Counted from the stretch's first letter, positions 12,897-23,571 are shown. The stretch: 64,000 bases of DNA from an uncultured SAR86 cluster bacterium (GCA_964275585.1 CAXYCJ010000003.1:10315-74314); one strand, 5' to 3'. Notes: generated by a model not told the origin, from the letters alone. Program-made: numbers and translations.

Positions 12897-14282
12897 CTAT
12901 TTTTTTGATTTTTTGACGTGTTTAACTAATCTTTTTTTCTTTTTAATCTGTCTTGCAGACAGCTCATTTTTTTTATCTTTAAAAGGGTTATCTCCTTTCT
13001 TAAAAATGATATTAAGTTCAATACTTTTAAGATTTAATTCTTCTCTAAATGAGTTAATCAAATATTTTTTATAGTTTGCAGGAATTTTGCTCGAAAAATT
13101 TGAGTGTATAACGAGCTTGGTTGGATGGATTCCACCAAAATGAATATATCTCATCTTAATTTGTCGTCCTGCAATACTTGGAGTATTGGTTGCATTGGTA
13201 AACTTTTCAAGAAGATTATTTAGCTTTCCTGTTGAAAATTTAGTTGTTGAAATCTTGTTAACTTTTGCAAGGGTATTAAATAATTTTTTAAAGCCAGTTT
13301 TTTGTAATGCAGAAATTTGCATAATAACTAAGTCATTCAAAACAGAGTTATGATATTTTTTAGATTCAAGAAGTGTGCTTAATTCACTTTCAGTTAATTG
13401 ATCAACCTTATTCAGTGCAATTACTACTGGTTTTCCATATCCGCGAATAAGATTAAGGATTCTTAGATCTTGATCTACCACACCATCAGAGACATCAATT
13501 AACATTAGCACTATATCCGATTCATCTACTGCATGCATTGCCCTGACATATGAGAAGTATTCAACTGCATGACTTTGTTTATATTTTTTTCTAATGCCTG
13601 CGGTATCAATAAATACAAACTCCTCAGCATCATAGGTAAAGGGAACATGGATTGAGTCAATTGTCGTGCCAGGAATCTCAGAAACAATTAATCTATCTTG
13701 TTTTGTGAATTGGTTAATAAAAGTAGATTTACCAGCATTAGGCCTTCCAATAACAGCTATTTTTGTTCCTGGAGCATCAAGACCTATGCCTTCTTCCAAG
13801 TTATCTGCTATGTATGACTGTAACTCTTGAATACCTCTAGAATGTTCAGCACTAATTTCATGCAATTGACCTGATCCAAGCTTTAATAAATCTTCTTGAG
13901 CATTTGATCTATTTTTAATATCTATTTTATTAAGAACTACTAGAAATGGCTTATTAAGTTCTCTAATAGTTTGTAGTAGATTTATGTCGTCAGCTGTAAG
14001 TTCTTCGGAACCATCTATTAACAACAAAATAAGATTTGAGTCTTCTGCAGCAATTAATGCTTGCTCTGTAATTGCTTCACTGAATTCAGTAACCTCTGAG
14101 CCAACGCCACCAGTATCAATCACTAAATACTGCTTATTTTTAATTTTTATATAACCAAAATTTCTATCTTTGGTTAGGCCAGAAAAGTCAGAAACAATAG
14201 CATTTCTGCTTTTGGTAAGCTTATTAAATAGGGAAGATTTTCCTACATTCGGTCGGCCAAGAATTGCTATTGAATTTAACAT
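12897..14282 (-). CDS. der: ribosome-associated GTPase Der (EngA)
   Basis: 461 aa. Two tandem GTPase domains (GRPNVGKSS..DTGG..NKID and GRPNAGKST..DTAG..NKVD) and a Lys-rich KH-like tail. Confidence 0.95.
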   Translation of the reverse strand: MLNSIAILGRPNVGKSSLFNKLTKSRNAIVSDFSGLTKDRNFGYIKIKNKQYLVIDTGGVGSEVTEFSEAITEQALIAAEDSNLILLLIDGSEELTADDINLLQTIRELNKPFLVVLNKIDIKNRSNAQEDLLKLGSGQLHEISAEHSRGIQELQSYIADNLEEGIGLDAPGTKIAVIGRPNAGKSTFINQFTKQDRLIVSEIPGTTIDSIHVPFTYDAEEFVFIDTAGIRKKYKQSHAVEYFSYVRAMHAVDESDIVLMLIDVSDGVVDQDLRILNLIRGYGKPVVIALNKVDQLTESELSTLLESKKYHNSVLNDLVIMQISALQKTGFKKLFNTLAKVNKISTTKFSTGKLNNLLEKFTNATNTPSIAGRQIKMRYIHFGGIHPTKLVIHSNFSSKIPANYKKYLINSFREELNLKSIELNIIFKKGDNPFKDKKNELSARQIKKKKRLVKHVKKSKK

Positions 14283-14297
14283 TTATGAGAATCATTG

Positions 14298-15443
14298 TTA
14301 GAGCGTAATTGCAACTATATTAGAATCCTGATCAATAATATAAGCAAGATCTCTAAAAGTTACGATGCTCTGAATTGGTTTTCTTGTTGCTTTTTTTCGA
14401 CCAACGGTCTTGCCTGTTAGTGGGTTAATTGCATGCACATACCCATCTAAATCTCCAACTAACATTACATTGTTGAAAACAACGCCATTGGATAATTCCC
14501 TTCGTAAATACTCTTCAGATGTCCATGATGGAGCAAGATTTGCCGATGAAAATGATAGAATTGAACCATCGTCTTGAATAACCATAATCATATTTTTAGC
14601 AATCACAGGTGAGTGAAAAGAAGAAGCATTTGCATTCCAGACAGGCCTTTTTTGCGCCATATCAAAAGCAGTTAAATTTCCCTGATAATTGGTAGCAAAA
14701 ATTAATTGCTTAAGTGAAACTGGAGCAGAATCAGCATCTATGAGGTTCTCAAGTTCTGATGACCCTTCAACAAAGGATATTGGGCCATCCCAGAGAAAAA
14801 AACCTGTATCTAGCTGAAATACACCCAATCTTCCGTTATCAAAAGTTGATATTACTGTTCCATTTTCAATAATTGGCTCTCCTGTTCCTCGAATAGTTAA
14901 AGCTGGTAATTGAGACCTAAAGGCCCATTTTCTCTCTCCAGAAGAAGCATCCAGGGCAATTAGCTCTCCTACAGAATTCTTAACAAGAACTAATGCAGCA
15001 TCAATAACAGCATTAGATAACACTTCACCTCCGATATTTTGCTCCCATAAAATTTCTTGAGTATTTAAATCAATAGCTATAACAAAACCATTGACATCAG
15101 ATACAACTAATTTTCCATAGCCTGCTGCTATTCCAGCAGATAAAGATCGATCAAGATTTAGCGTCCAATTAATCTTTCCTGATTTAGGGTCAAGCGAAGC
15201 AAGATTACCCTCAGGATCTGCTGTAAGCATTTCGCCTGAATAAAAAGATGGCTTAAAGGCGCCTAAATCATTTTCACCTTTAAAAGATTTTTTCCAAGCA
15301 ATTGAAACTGCATAATCCTCTTGAAATGATTGTAATTCTGAAGGCTCGGTGGTCTCTTCCTCGGTTTCATCTGACCAAAAATTCAACGTAGAACATGAAG
15401 AAAATACTCCAAGCAAAATAGCCAATATTAAGTTTTTTTGCAT
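14298..15443 (-). CDS. bamB: outer membrane protein assembly factor BamB
   Basis: 381 aa. Lipoprotein signal (LGVFSSCS) and PQQ-like beta-propeller repeats. Conserved position between yfgM and der. Confidence 0.88.
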   Translation of the reverse strand: MQKNLILAILLGVFSSCSTLNFWSDETEEETTEPSELQSFQEDYAVSIAWKKSFKGENDLGAFKPSFYSGEMLTADPEGNLASLDPKSGKINWTLNLDRSLSAGIAAGYGKLVVSDVNGFVIAIDLNTQEILWEQNIGGEVLSNAVIDAALVLVKNSVGELIALDASSGERKWAFRSQLPALTIRGTGEPIIENGTVISTFDNGRLGVFQLDTGFFLWDGPISFVEGSSELENLIDADSAPVSLKQLIFATNYQGNLTAFDMAQKRPVWNANASSFHSPVIAKNMIMVIQDDGSILSFSSANLAPSWTSEEYLRRELSNGVVFNNVMLVGDLDGYVHAINPLTGKTVGRKKATRKPIQSIVTFRDLAYIIDQDSNIVAITL

Positions 15444-15447
15444 GAGA

Positions 15448-16092
15448 TTATTGGTTCAATTTATTAATTTTAATTTTTAAGAGTGATTTCTGGGATTCAT
15501 CTTGCATATTGCTCATAGAAAGAGAGTACTGAGCAAGTGCTAGTTCAGTTTTTCCTAATCCAGCCAAAGCATCTCCATTCATCTCATTAACCATAGGATG
15601 TTCAGATTCAGAATTCAAGGAATCTAAAACTTCCAAGGCATTAGAATACCTCTCTTTACTAAGTTCAATTCTTGCAATATTTAATCTAGCGAGTGAATTT
15701 ATAAGATCATTACCAAATAGACCAGACGATACTGATAAAAGTTCTTGAAAATTATTTAAAGCCCCATCTAGGTCTCCCTCTCTTGCAAGCTGTGCACCTC
15801 TGATCATCCTGGCAAGTTGAGCATATCCTGTGCTGCTATAGTTTTGTTGTAGCAAATTGAAATCTTCAGAATCTTTTTCGCTATCTTGGAGCTGGTCTCC
15901 TATGCCGAGCATCCAAGCATCATATAGTTCTGCTGCTTGTGTATTTTGATTGTTAACGTATGAACGATAGCTTAAAGAGGAAATTGCAACTAAAAACACA
16001 GACACAAAAATTATCAATAAAGTGTTTTTATTATGCTTAAAAAAATCAATGATCGCTGAAAATCTTTCCTCATCTGAGTCATATTCTGTCAT
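15448..16092 (-). CDS. yfgM: YfgM family TPR-like membrane protein (ancillary SecYEG subunit)
   Basis: 214 aa. N-terminal single TM followed by TPR-like helices. Canonical hisS-yfgM-bamB-der synteny. Confidence 0.8.
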   Translation of the reverse strand: MTEYDSDEERFSAIIDFFKHNKNTLLIIFVSVFLVAISSLSYRSYVNNQNTQAAELYDAWMLGIGDQLQDSEKDSEDFNLLQQNYSSTGYAQLARMIRGAQLAREGDLDGALNNFQELLSVSSGLFGNDLINSLARLNIARIELSKERYSNALEVLDSLNSESEHPMVNEMNGDALAGLGKTELALAQYSLSMSNMQDESQKSLLKIKINKLNQ

Positions 16093-16100
16093 TTTGTCTC

Positions 16101-17345
16101 CTAAAGATTTTTATAAATATCTAATAAGCTGTCTATATCTAGTAATTGCTGTTCTCCCTGCTCACCAAGATCCTTCCAAAGCACTTTATTACTATCAATC
16201 TCTCGATTTCCAATGATGATCGCAAAATTACAATTATTCTTATTAGCTCGCCTGAGCTGAGATTTTAAGCTGTTATTTAACAAGAAGGTATCCAGAATCA
16301 CTTCATCATTTGCTGCCCTTAAATCATCAGCTATTTTATAGGTTTTTTGGTCAAACTGCTCGACTGTATAAATTAATGCAACTTTTGTTTTTAAATTGAT
16401 GCTTTTTACCATCATTATGTCAATGATTCGCTCAAGACCTATAGCAAAACCAATAGCACTCATTTCTTTGCCGCCTAACTGGGTTGATAGATTGTCGTAA
16501 CGCCCTCCACCTAAAAAAGCATCTTGAGCGCCAAGTTCTGGGGAGGTAACCTCAAAAACAAGTCCAGTGTAATAATCGAGTCCCCTAACAAGGGTCGTGT
16601 CAATTAAAATATCGCAATTATTTTCATAACTTTTAGCTAATTCTTTTAAAAAAGTCTTAGATTTATTAGATATATAGTCATCAAACTTAGGAGCACCTTC
16701 CAAAAGTAACTGTGTTGACTTTTCTTTGGAGTCCAAAACTCTCAAAGGATTTGCACGCAATCTTGCAACATCCTTCTCATGAAGGTCTTTGATGCGAGGG
16801 GTAAGATATGAAACTAATGCTTTGCAAAAATTTTCTTTTACTTCAGCATCACCTAAATGATTAATTTTAATAGTAAAGTTTTTAATTTCCAGTAATTTAT
16901 TAATTAGCAAGACCATGGAAATTAATTCATATTCTGATGAGCCCTCTTGATAACCAAGATACTCAACTCCAACTTGATGGAATTGCCTAAAACGTCCTTT
17001 TTGAGGTCTCTCATATCTGAACATTGACCCTTGGTACCATAACTTTTGGCTCTCATGTTCTTGCTTCTTTTGAATAACTGCTCTTATCACACCTGCTGAA
17101 CCCTCAGGTCTCAAGCTAATACTTTCATCATTACGGTCTAGGAAACTATATAACTCTTTATTAACTATATCTGAGGAATTCCCAACAGAGCGACTAAAAA
17201 GCTCTGTAGATTCAAGAAGCGGTGTTCTAATTTCTTTGGCGTTGAAGACTTGAAAAACTTTAAAAAGTATAGACTCTAGCAATTGCCATTTCTCCAAATC
17301 TTCTGGAAATAAGTCTGGCATGCCTCTTAGTGACTGGATCTTCAC
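16101..17345 (-). CDS. hisS: histidine--tRNA ligase
   Basis: 414 aa. LRGMPDLFPED start, class II motifs (MFRYERPQKGRFRQFHQ, GGGRYD). Confidence 0.95.
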   Translation of the reverse strand: MKIQSLRGMPDLFPEDLEKWQLLESILFKVFQVFNAKEIRTPLLESTELFSRSVGNSSDIVNKELYSFLDRNDESISLRPEGSAGVIRAVIQKKQEHESQKLWYQGSMFRYERPQKGRFRQFHQVGVEYLGYQEGSSEYELISMVLLINKLLEIKNFTIKINHLGDAEVKENFCKALVSYLTPRIKDLHEKDVARLRANPLRVLDSKEKSTQLLLEGAPKFDDYISNKSKTFLKELAKSYENNCDILIDTTLVRGLDYYTGLVFEVTSPELGAQDAFLGGGRYDNLSTQLGGKEMSAIGFAIGLERIIDIMMVKSINLKTKVALIYTVEQFDQKTYKIADDLRAANDEVILDTFLLNNSLKSQLRRANKNNCNFAIIIGNREIDSNKVLWKDLGEQGEQQLLDIDSLLDIYKNL

Positions 17346-17348
17346 TGA

Positions 17349-18446
17349 TTAACCTTTTGCAATAATGTTGGATAATTTATTTTTTTCAAGCTTTTCTCTT
17401 ACCTGTTCTTCTATTGTATCAACAAGTTTCTCATTAGAGACTTTTTTTAAAGGGGATCCGTCAACATACAATAGATTACTTGGGCCTCCAGTCAGCCCAA
17501 CATCAGCTGCTTTTGACTCCCCTGGCCCATTTACATAACAACCAATAATTGCCACTTCAAGATCTTCAGCTATGCCCTCAAATCTATTTTCTAACTCATT
17601 CACAACCTCAATTACGTTAAAGTTTTGTCTTGAACAACTTGGACATGCAATAATTCTGATGCCACGACTTCTTAAATTTAAACTTTTTAAGATATCCCAT
17701 CCAATCTTAATCTCATCTACAGGATCAGATGCAAGAGAAACCCTAATAGTGTCTCCAATTCCATCTGAAAGAAGTAACCCTAATCCGATAGAAGATTTTA
17801 CGGAACCTGCTCTATAGCTTCCAGATTCAGTAATACCAAGATGAAGTGGTTGATCAAGCAATTTTGAAAACTTTCTGTAGCTTTCTACGGTCATTTTAAT
17901 ATTTGATGCTTTTAGACTTAATTTAAAATTATTAAAATTATATCGATCTAATATCTCTACATGCCTTAGTGCAGATTCAACTAACGCATCTGAGTTTGGT
18001 TCTCCATATTTTTTTTGCAAGTCTTTCTCTAATGAGCCAGCATTAACACCTATTCTGATTGGCACATCATTATCTTTTGCAGCTTGAATAATCTGCTGCA
18101 CCTTGCTTTCTTTACCAATGTTTCCAGGATTAATTCTCAAGCAATCAGCAGAATCTGCAACTAGAAGAGCAATTTTGTAATCAAAGTGAATATCAGCTAC
18201 AAGCGGAATTGAAACTGCTTTTTTAATCTCTTTGAACGCTTTTGCACATTCTTTGTCAGGAACTGACACTCTAACAATATCTGCTCCAGCAGCTTGCAAA
18301 TCTTCGACTTGCATAATAGTTGCCTTTATATCAGCAGTATTAGTATTAGTCATTGACTGAATAGATATTGGGTTATCTCCGCCAACACCTACATCTCCAA
18401 CAAAAATTTGGTTTGTTTTTTTTCTAACGATCCAAGAATCATTCAT
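17349..18446 (-). CDS. ispG: 4-hydroxy-3-methylbut-2-enyl diphosphate synthase
   Basis: 365 aa. [16 protein letters not shown], and the [15 protein letters not shown] Fe-S cysteines. Confidence 0.95.
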   Translation of the reverse strand: MNDSWIVRKKTNQIFVGDVGVGGDNPISIQSMTNTNTADIKATIMQVEDLQAAGADIVRVSVPDKECAKAFKEIKKAVSIPLVADIHFDYKIALLVADSADCLRINPGNIGKESKVQQIIQAAKDNDVPIRIGVNAGSLEKDLQKKYGEPNSDALVESALRHVEILDRYNFNNFKLSLKASNIKMTVESYRKFSKLLDQPLHLGITESGSYRAGSVKSSIGLGLLLSDGIGDTIRVSLASDPVDEIKIGWDILKSLNLRSRGIRIIACPSCSRQNFNVIEVVNELENRFEGIAEDLEVAIIGCYVNGPGESKAADVGLTGGPSNLLYVDGSPLKKVSNEKLVDTIEEQVREKLEKNKLSNIIAKG

Positions 18447-19017
18447 TAATTATCTCGGCAGAAGATTCGTTTAGTTTATTGTTACCATTGGTTAAGTCAG
18501 TATTGCTTTTATTCATTAAAAAATTAACCTGGGTATATGCTTCATTAATTTTATGCCTATAATCATATGGTAAATTAGTGGCTTGATTTGAAATAATATC
18601 TTCAGAAGAGCCCGAATGGCTTTCCGGTATATCTAATTCTGTATCTTCTGACGGAATTAGAAAGAAGATTAAAATCATTAATAGAATTAATGATCCAAAA
18701 ATAAAAAATTTAATATTTTTTTCAATAAAGCTATCTTCTTGTACTTGATTTTCTGCTTCATGTGCAGCAACAACCTCAGCATTATAAATATCAAAAAAGT
18801 CTATATTAATCCCTAAAAAATTAGCGTATTTTTCAAAATATTTTACTGCAAACATTCTTGCAGGAAAAATGGAATAATCACCTGACTCAATAGCTTTAAT
18901 ATAATCAATATTGATGAGAGTTTCAGCTGCCACCTCGCCTAAACTCAACGAGCGACTCAATCTTTCGGTTACGAAGGCTTTACCTATTTTGCCTGTTTTT
19001 GCTGATTTAAGATTCAT
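18439..19017 (-). CDS. rodZ: RodZ-like HTH/transmembrane cytoskeleton protein (short form)
   Basis: 192 aa. XRE-type HTH ([25 protein letters not shown]) plus one TM ([18 protein letters not shown]). Sits in the rlmN-rodZ-ispG slot. Much shorter than E. coli RodZ. Confidence 0.7.
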   Translation of the reverse strand: MNLKSAKTGKIGKAFVTERLSRSLSLGEVAAETLINIDYIKAIESGDYSIFPARMFAVKYFEKYANFLGINIDFFDIYNAEVVAAHEAENQVQEDSFIEKNIKFFIFGSLILLMILIFFLIPSEDTELDIPESHSGSSEDIISNQATNLPYDYRHKINEAYTQVNFLMNKSNTDLTNGNNKLNESSAEIINE

Positions 19018-20099
19018 TGGGTATTGACTAAATTAATGGTATTTTTACCTTTAATGCTATTAGTTAGCTTTCCTACAAGTTGACCGCAGGCACCATCTAT
19101 GGCATCTCCTCTTGTAACTCTAAGGGTTGTTATTACTCCCTTGCTAATTAAATATTTTTTAAAATTATTAATTACAGGCTCTTGGGATCTAGAATAATGA
19201 CAGCCATCAAAAGGATTAAATGGAATTAGATTCACCTTACATGCAAGGCCTTTGAGCCTATTCACTAGTTGTTTTGCATGCTCAATAGAGTCATTAACTC
19301 CATCAATAAGAATATATTCGATTGTAATTGTTTTTCTTTTGCTTTGATCTTTAAGATAGTTTTTACAAGCTTCTAAGAGCGCATCTAGTGGATATTTTTT
19401 ATTAATGGGTACAATTTCATCTCTTAATAGGTCATTAGCTGCATGGAGTGATATTGCTAGCGAAACATCGGTTCGAGATGCTAGCTTATTAATTTCTGGC
19501 ACAATTCCAGAAGTGCTGAGAGTGATTCTTCTTTTTGAGAGACCATAAGCATTTTGATGTTGCATTATAGAAATAGAATTTAAAACAGGTTCAATATTTA
19601 ACAGTGGCTCTCCCATTCCCATAAATACAACATTAGAAATAAATTGAGAGGGTTGTTGATAAAAATTAGCAATCCATAACTGACCGATAATCTCATCATG
19701 AGTTAAATTTCTTTCAAATCCTTGGGCTCCAGTAGCACAAAATGTACATTGAAGAGCGCATCCAGCTTGTGAAGAGATACAAAGAGTTAGTCGCTTCTTC
19801 TCAGGTATTTTAACCATTTCAATCATGGATCCTGATTCTAGTTTGATTAAGTACTTTTGGGTGCCTTCAGGAGATAGTAAGCAGTCCTCAACAATAGGGG
19901 GCTTTGCTATAGCCATCTCAGTTAGTCTCACTCTTAAATCTAAACTAAAATCTGTCATTTCTAGGAAATCAAGAACACCTCTCTGATGAATCCATTTCAT
20001 TAGTTGGGAGGCTCTAAACTTCGGCTGATTAATTGAGTCAAAAAATTCTACTAAGGACTCATGCGAGCACCCTAATAGATTAATTTTATTCTTAGGCAC
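19014..20099 (-). CDS. rlmN: 23S rRNA/tRNA adenine-C2 methyltransferase, radical SAM
   Basis: 361 aa. CALQCTFCATG radical-SAM cluster, MGMGEPL, GACGQL. Confidence 0.93.
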   Translation of the reverse strand: MPKNKINLLGCSHESLVEFFDSINQPKFRASQLMKWIHQRGVLDFLEMTDFSLDLRVRLTEMAIAKPPIVEDCLLSPEGTQKYLIKLESGSMIEMVKIPEKKRLTLCISSQAGCALQCTFCATGAQGFERNLTHDEIIGQLWIANFYQQPSQFISNVVFMGMGEPLLNIEPVLNSISIMQHQNAYGLSKRRITLSTSGIVPEINKLASRTDVSLAISLHAANDLLRDEIVPINKKYPLDALLEACKNYLKDQSKRKTITIEYILIDGVNDSIEHAKQLVNRLKGLACKVNLIPFNPFDGCHYSRSQEPVINNFKKYLISKGVITTLRVTRGDAIDGACGQLVGKLTNSIKGKNTINLVNTQ

Positions 20100-20103
20100 T
20101 CAA

Positions 20104-20523
20104 TTAAAAGATTTCGCTGTCTTCAAAAAAATAGTTTATCTCTCTTGCTGCGCTTTCTGGTGAATCTGAGCCATGAACAGCATTAGCATCAATAGTTTCT
20201 GCAAAATCTGCTCTAATGGTTCCTGGTTCTGCTTCACTAGGATTCGTTGCGCCCATGAGCTCTCTATTTTTTAACACAGCATTCTCTCCCTCTAAAACTT
20301 GAACAAAAACTGAAGCTGAGGTCATGTATTCCACAAGGTTTGGAAAGAAGGGTCTTCCTTCATGCTCAGCGTAAAATCCTGCAGCTTTTGCTTCATCCAT
20401 ATGAATTAGTTTACCAGCAACAATTTTTAATCCGCTCTCTTCAAAGCGATCAATAATTTTACCAATAATATTTTTTGATGTTGCATCTGGCTTGATAATT
20501 GAAAGTGTTCGTTCTAATGACAT
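20104..20523 (-). CDS. ndk: nucleoside diphosphate kinase
   Basis: 139 aa. [11 protein letters not shown] and the NAVHGSDS active-site histidine. Confidence 0.96.
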   Translation of the reverse strand: MSLERTLSIIKPDATSKNIIGKIIDRFEESGLKIVAGKLIHMDEAKAAGFYAEHEGRPFFPNLVEYMTSASVFVQVLEGENAVLKNRELMGATNPSEAEPGTIRADFAETIDANAVHGSDSPESAAREINYFFEDSEIF

Positions 20524-20558
20524 AAGGTGACTCCTAAATGGGCGGTATTATAGGCGAG

Positions 20559-20759
20559 TTAATCTGATTCATCCATCCATGCCATCTGAATTGCTTCAAG
20601 TATTCTTTCATTGGAACTGTTTGGGTCATCCTCAAAATTATCTAAAGTACAGATTTTTTGATGCAAATCAGGAAAACTGATCCACTGAGGATCAAGTTCT
20701 GGATAAGTATCATGTAAATCTATAGCGATTTCCAGTATATCTGACCATTTATACTTCAT
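20559..20759 (-). CDS. iscX: Fe-S assembly protein IscX
   Basis: 66-aa acidic protein (KWSDILEIAIDLHDTYPELDP) immediately after fdx. Confidence 0.85.
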   Translation of the reverse strand: MKYKWSDILEIAIDLHDTYPELDPQWISFPDLHQKICTLDNFEDDPNSSNERILEAIQMAWMDESD

Positions 20760-21097
20760 TAGTGATCTTCTGAAACCTGATTAATTGTATATTTAGGTAA
20801 CTCAATAGTGAAAGTACCTTCCTTTGGTATCGTCTGACAGCTTAAACGGGATTCATGCTCTAAGCCCCATGCTTTATCGAGTAAATCTTCTTCAGTTTCA
20901 GATGCTTCATCAAGAAGATTGAATCCATCTCTAACAATAATATGACAGGTTGTGCATGCGCAGGACATTTCGCATGCATGCTCTATCTTAATGCCTTCCC
21001 TGAGAGCTGCTTCGCAAATTGATTCATCAATGTTGGTCTCAAATTCAGCTCCATCTGGACAAAGCTCAAAATGAGGCAATAATTTAATAAACGCCAT
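20759..21097 (-). CDS. fdx: ISC-type [2Fe-2S] ferredoxin
   Basis: Start set at MAFIKLLPHFELCPDG (ATG 21097), 1 nt after the iscA stop. Cys motif CEMSCACTTCH...C. The longer track ORF would overlap iscA. Confidence 0.9.
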   Translation of the reverse strand: MAFIKLLPHFELCPDGAEFETNIDESICEAALREGIKIEHACEMSCACTTCHIIVRDGFNLLDEASETEEDLLDKAWGLEHESRLSCQTIPKEGTFTIELPKYTINQVSEDH

Positions 21098-21098
21098 T

Positions 21099-21446
21099 TC
21101 AAATAGTAAAGCTTTCCCCGCATCCGCAAACAGCTTTTGCATTGGGGTTATGAAATTTAATACCTTTATTTAAGCCTTCTTCAGAATAATCAACCATGCT
21201 ACCTTTGAGGTAGCTTAGACTATCCGGATCAACATAAATTTTGCACCCACCTTTATTAAAAATAAAATCATTTTTTGTTTCAGGCTGACCATCAACATAA
21301 TCAAAGAAATATTCATATCCAGAGCACCCCGCCTTCTTTACCCCTATTCGCACACCTTGACCCTTGCCGCGACTCTGGATGCTTGAGGTAAAATGTGAAA
21401 TTGCTTTATCAGAGAATTTGAGCTCTTCGGAAGAAAATTTTTCCAT
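21099..21446 (-). CDS. iscA: iron-sulfur cluster insertion protein IscA
   Basis: 115 aa. GCSGYEY and C-terminal NPNAKAVCGCGESF. Confidence 0.93.
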   Translation of the reverse strand: MEKFSSEELKFSDKAISHFTSSIQSRGKGQGVRIGVKKAGCSGYEYFFDYVDGQPETKNDFIFNKGGCKIYVDPDSLSYLKGSMVDYSEEGLNKGIKFHNPNAKAVCGCGESFTI

Positions 21447-21448
21447 AA

Positions 21449-21853
21449 TTATTGTTTCTGTTCGTAATCCTCAATGGCCTGCTTGATAGAATCTTCTGCT
21501 AAGACAGAACAATGTATTTTAATTGGAGGTAGCTCAAGAGCTTCAACAATATCAATATTTTTAATTTCTTTGGCTTCTTCAAGAGTCCTGCCCATTAACA
21601 TTTCAACAAGCTCGCTAGAGGAAGCAATGGCAGATCCGCAACCATATGTCTTAAATTTTACATCTTTAATAATATGAGTATTACCTTGTCGCTCACATTT
21701 GATTTGGAGTTTCATGACATCGCCACACGCTGGCGCTCCCACCATACCCGTACCAATATTCATTTCTTTAGGATCAAATCTTCCAACATTAAACTTAGCT
21801 GGTTCATTAATAGTGTTTTCAAACTTATCTACTACTTTTTTACTATATGCCAT
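21449..21853 (-). CDS. iscU: Fe-S cluster scaffold IscU
   Basis: Start set at MAYSKKVVDKF. Motifs GAPACGDVMKL, KTYGCGSAIASSS and LPPIKIHCS. Confidence 0.95.
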   Translation of the reverse strand: MAYSKKVVDKFENTINEPAKFNVGRFDPKEMNIGTGMVGAPACGDVMKLQIKCERQGNTHIIKDVKFKTYGCGSAIASSSELVEMLMGRTLEEAKEIKNIDIVEALELPPIKIHCSVLAEDSIKQAIEDYEQKQ

Positions 21854-21869
21854 AAATACCTCCCAATAT

Positions 21870-23096
21870 TTAGTGCGTTTGCCAATCAACCGTATCTAGA
21901 TCAATGCCATCAAGATACATTTCCCATAGAGGTGATAGCTCCCTAAGCCTTTCAACAGCATGGTTAATTAAAGAAAGTGTATAATCAATATCTTCATCGG
22001 TAGTAAATCTGCCAAATGAAAACCTAATAGAACTAGATGCCAGCTCATCTTTCCTTCCCAATGCCCTCAGCACATATGATGGCTCTAAACTTGCTGAGGT
22101 ACAAGCTGATCCGGATGATACAGCAATATCCTTCAAAGCCATGATTAATGATTCTCCCTCAACGTATGCAAAACTAATATTTAGTATATTGCTAACTTTG
22201 TTTTTAATATCACCGTTTACATAAATTTCTTCAATTTTTGATACAGAGTCATAAAATTTTTTATGCAAACTCTCAATTCTTTTTTTATCAGCAGACATTT
22301 CTTCTTTAGCGATTCTAAAGGCCTCTCCCATTCCAACAATTTGATGAGTCGGCAAGGTACCAGATCTCATGCCTCTTTCATGGCCGCCTCCATGAATTTG
22401 AGCTTCAATTCTTACTCGTGGTTTACGAGATACAAATAAGGCGCCAATACCTTTAGGGCCATATGTTTTATGGGCAGAAAAAGACATTAAATCTACCGGC
22501 AATTCAGATAAGTTTATTTCTACTTTTCCTGTGCTTTGAGCTGCATCAACATGAAAAAAGATGCCCTTCTTTCTGGCAAGTGATCCAATCTCTTGGAGAT
22601 TATTAACCGTGCCTAGCTCATTGTTAATATGCATAATAGAAATTAGAACAGTATCTTCTCTAATTGCGTCTTCTATCAAGCTGGCTGTTATAAGACCGCC
22701 CTCGCTAGGCTCTAAATATGTTACTTCAAAGCCCTCTCTTTCAAGCTGCCTGCAAGCATCTAACACTGCTTTATGTTCAATTTTAGAAGTAATGATATGC
22801 TTGCCTTTTGATTGATAAAAATTTGCAATGCCTTTGATGGCAAGGTTATCTGCTTCAGTGGCACCTGAAGTCCAGACTATTTCTCTTGGATCGCAACCAA
22901 CTAAATTAGCCACATGAGACCTTGCTTCCTCGACTGCCTCTTCTGCTTTCCAGCCAAATTTATGGGAGCGAGAAGCTGGATTACCAAAATTTCCATCTAG
23001 CGTTAAATGATCAGAGATCTTTTGCGCAACCCTAGGGTCAACTGGAGTTGTGGATGCGTAGTCTAAGTAGATTGGAAGATTGATATTGGTGCCCAT
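21870..23096 (-). CDS. iscS: cysteine desulfurase IscS
   Basis: 408 aa. [15 protein letters not shown], the [15 protein letters not shown] lysine and the SSGSACTS active cysteine loop. Confidence 0.96.
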   Translation of the reverse strand: MGTNINLPIYLDYASTTPVDPRVAQKISDHLTLDGNFGNPASRSHKFGWKAEEAVEEARSHVANLVGCDPREIVWTSGATEADNLAIKGIANFYQSKGKHIITSKIEHKAVLDACRQLEREGFEVTYLEPSEGGLITASLIEDAIREDTVLISIMHINNELGTVNNLQEIGSLARKKGIFFHVDAAQSTGKVEINLSELPVDLMSFSAHKTYGPKGIGALFVSRKPRVRIEAQIHGGGHERGMRSGTLPTHQIVGMGEAFRIAKEEMSADKKRIESLHKKFYDSVSKIEEIYVNGDIKNKVSNILNISFAYVEGESLIMALKDIAVSSGSACTSASLEPSYVLRALGRKDELASSSIRFSFGRFTTDEDIDYTLSLINHAVERLRELSPLWEMYLDGIDLDTVDWQTH

Positions 23097-23533
23097 TACT
23101 GTATTTCCTTTAGATATATATTGGGACGCTCAGCTGATTTAACAAGCTCAGTGATTGAAATATCACTTAGAAAGCCATCCACGACATTATTGAGATCATC
23201 CCATAACTGATGAGAGTTGCATCTTTTTCCAGCGTGACAAGTTGTTGTACCAGCGCAGTTTGTAGAGTCTAAGTTTTCTTCAACGGCATGCATGATATCT
23301 TTGATTGAAATATTTTTAGGGTCATGTGCATATACATACCCACCATTCCTACCTCGAATACTCTTAACCAGCCCCGCAACTCTAAGTTTTCTAAATAATT
23401 GTTCTAGGTATGCATGATCAATGCCTTGACGGTTTGCAATCTCTTTTAAAGCAACTGGTTTAGAGTTAAGCGATAAAAATTTGAGATCTGCTAATGCATT
23501 AACCGCGTAGCGACTCTTGGTAGTAAAATTCAT
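23096..23533 (-). CDS. iscR: Fe-S cluster regulator IscR (Rrf2 family)
   Basis: 145 aa. [11 protein letters not shown] Rrf2 HTH and three clustered Cys ([13 protein letters not shown]). First gene of the isc operon. Confidence 0.92.
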   Translation of the reverse strand: MNFTTKSRYAVNALADLKFLSLNSKPVALKEIANRQGIDHAYLEQLFRKLRVAGLVKSIRGRNGGYVYAHDPKNISIKDIMHAVEENLDSTNCAGTTTCHAGKRCNSHQLWDDLNNVVDGFLSDISITELVKSAERPNIYLKEIQ

Positions 23534-23539
23534 GTGGTT

Positions 23540-23567
23540 ATTATGAATACCCGAGTTAATTAGTCAA
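23540..23567 (-). promoter_or_regulatory. putative sigma70 promoter of iscR (TTGACT-N16-CATAAT), -10 ending 6 nt before the ATG
   Basis: The minus strand reads ATGCAAATTAAACTTGACTAATTAACTCGGGTATTCATAATAACCACATG. The -35 (23567..23562) overlaps the last purC codons and stop; the -10 is at 23545..23540. I see no Shine-Dalgarno between the -10 and the ATG. Confidence 0.5.
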
Positions 23568-23571
23568 GTTT
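23547..23571. promoter_or_regulatory. IscR type-1 binding site
   Basis: The plus strand ATACCCGAGTTAATTAGTCAAGTTT matches the type-1 consensus ATASYYGACTRwwwYAGTCRRSTAT (as I remember it) at 22 of 25 positions. It spans the -35/spacer of the putative iscR promoter. Confidence 0.6.
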
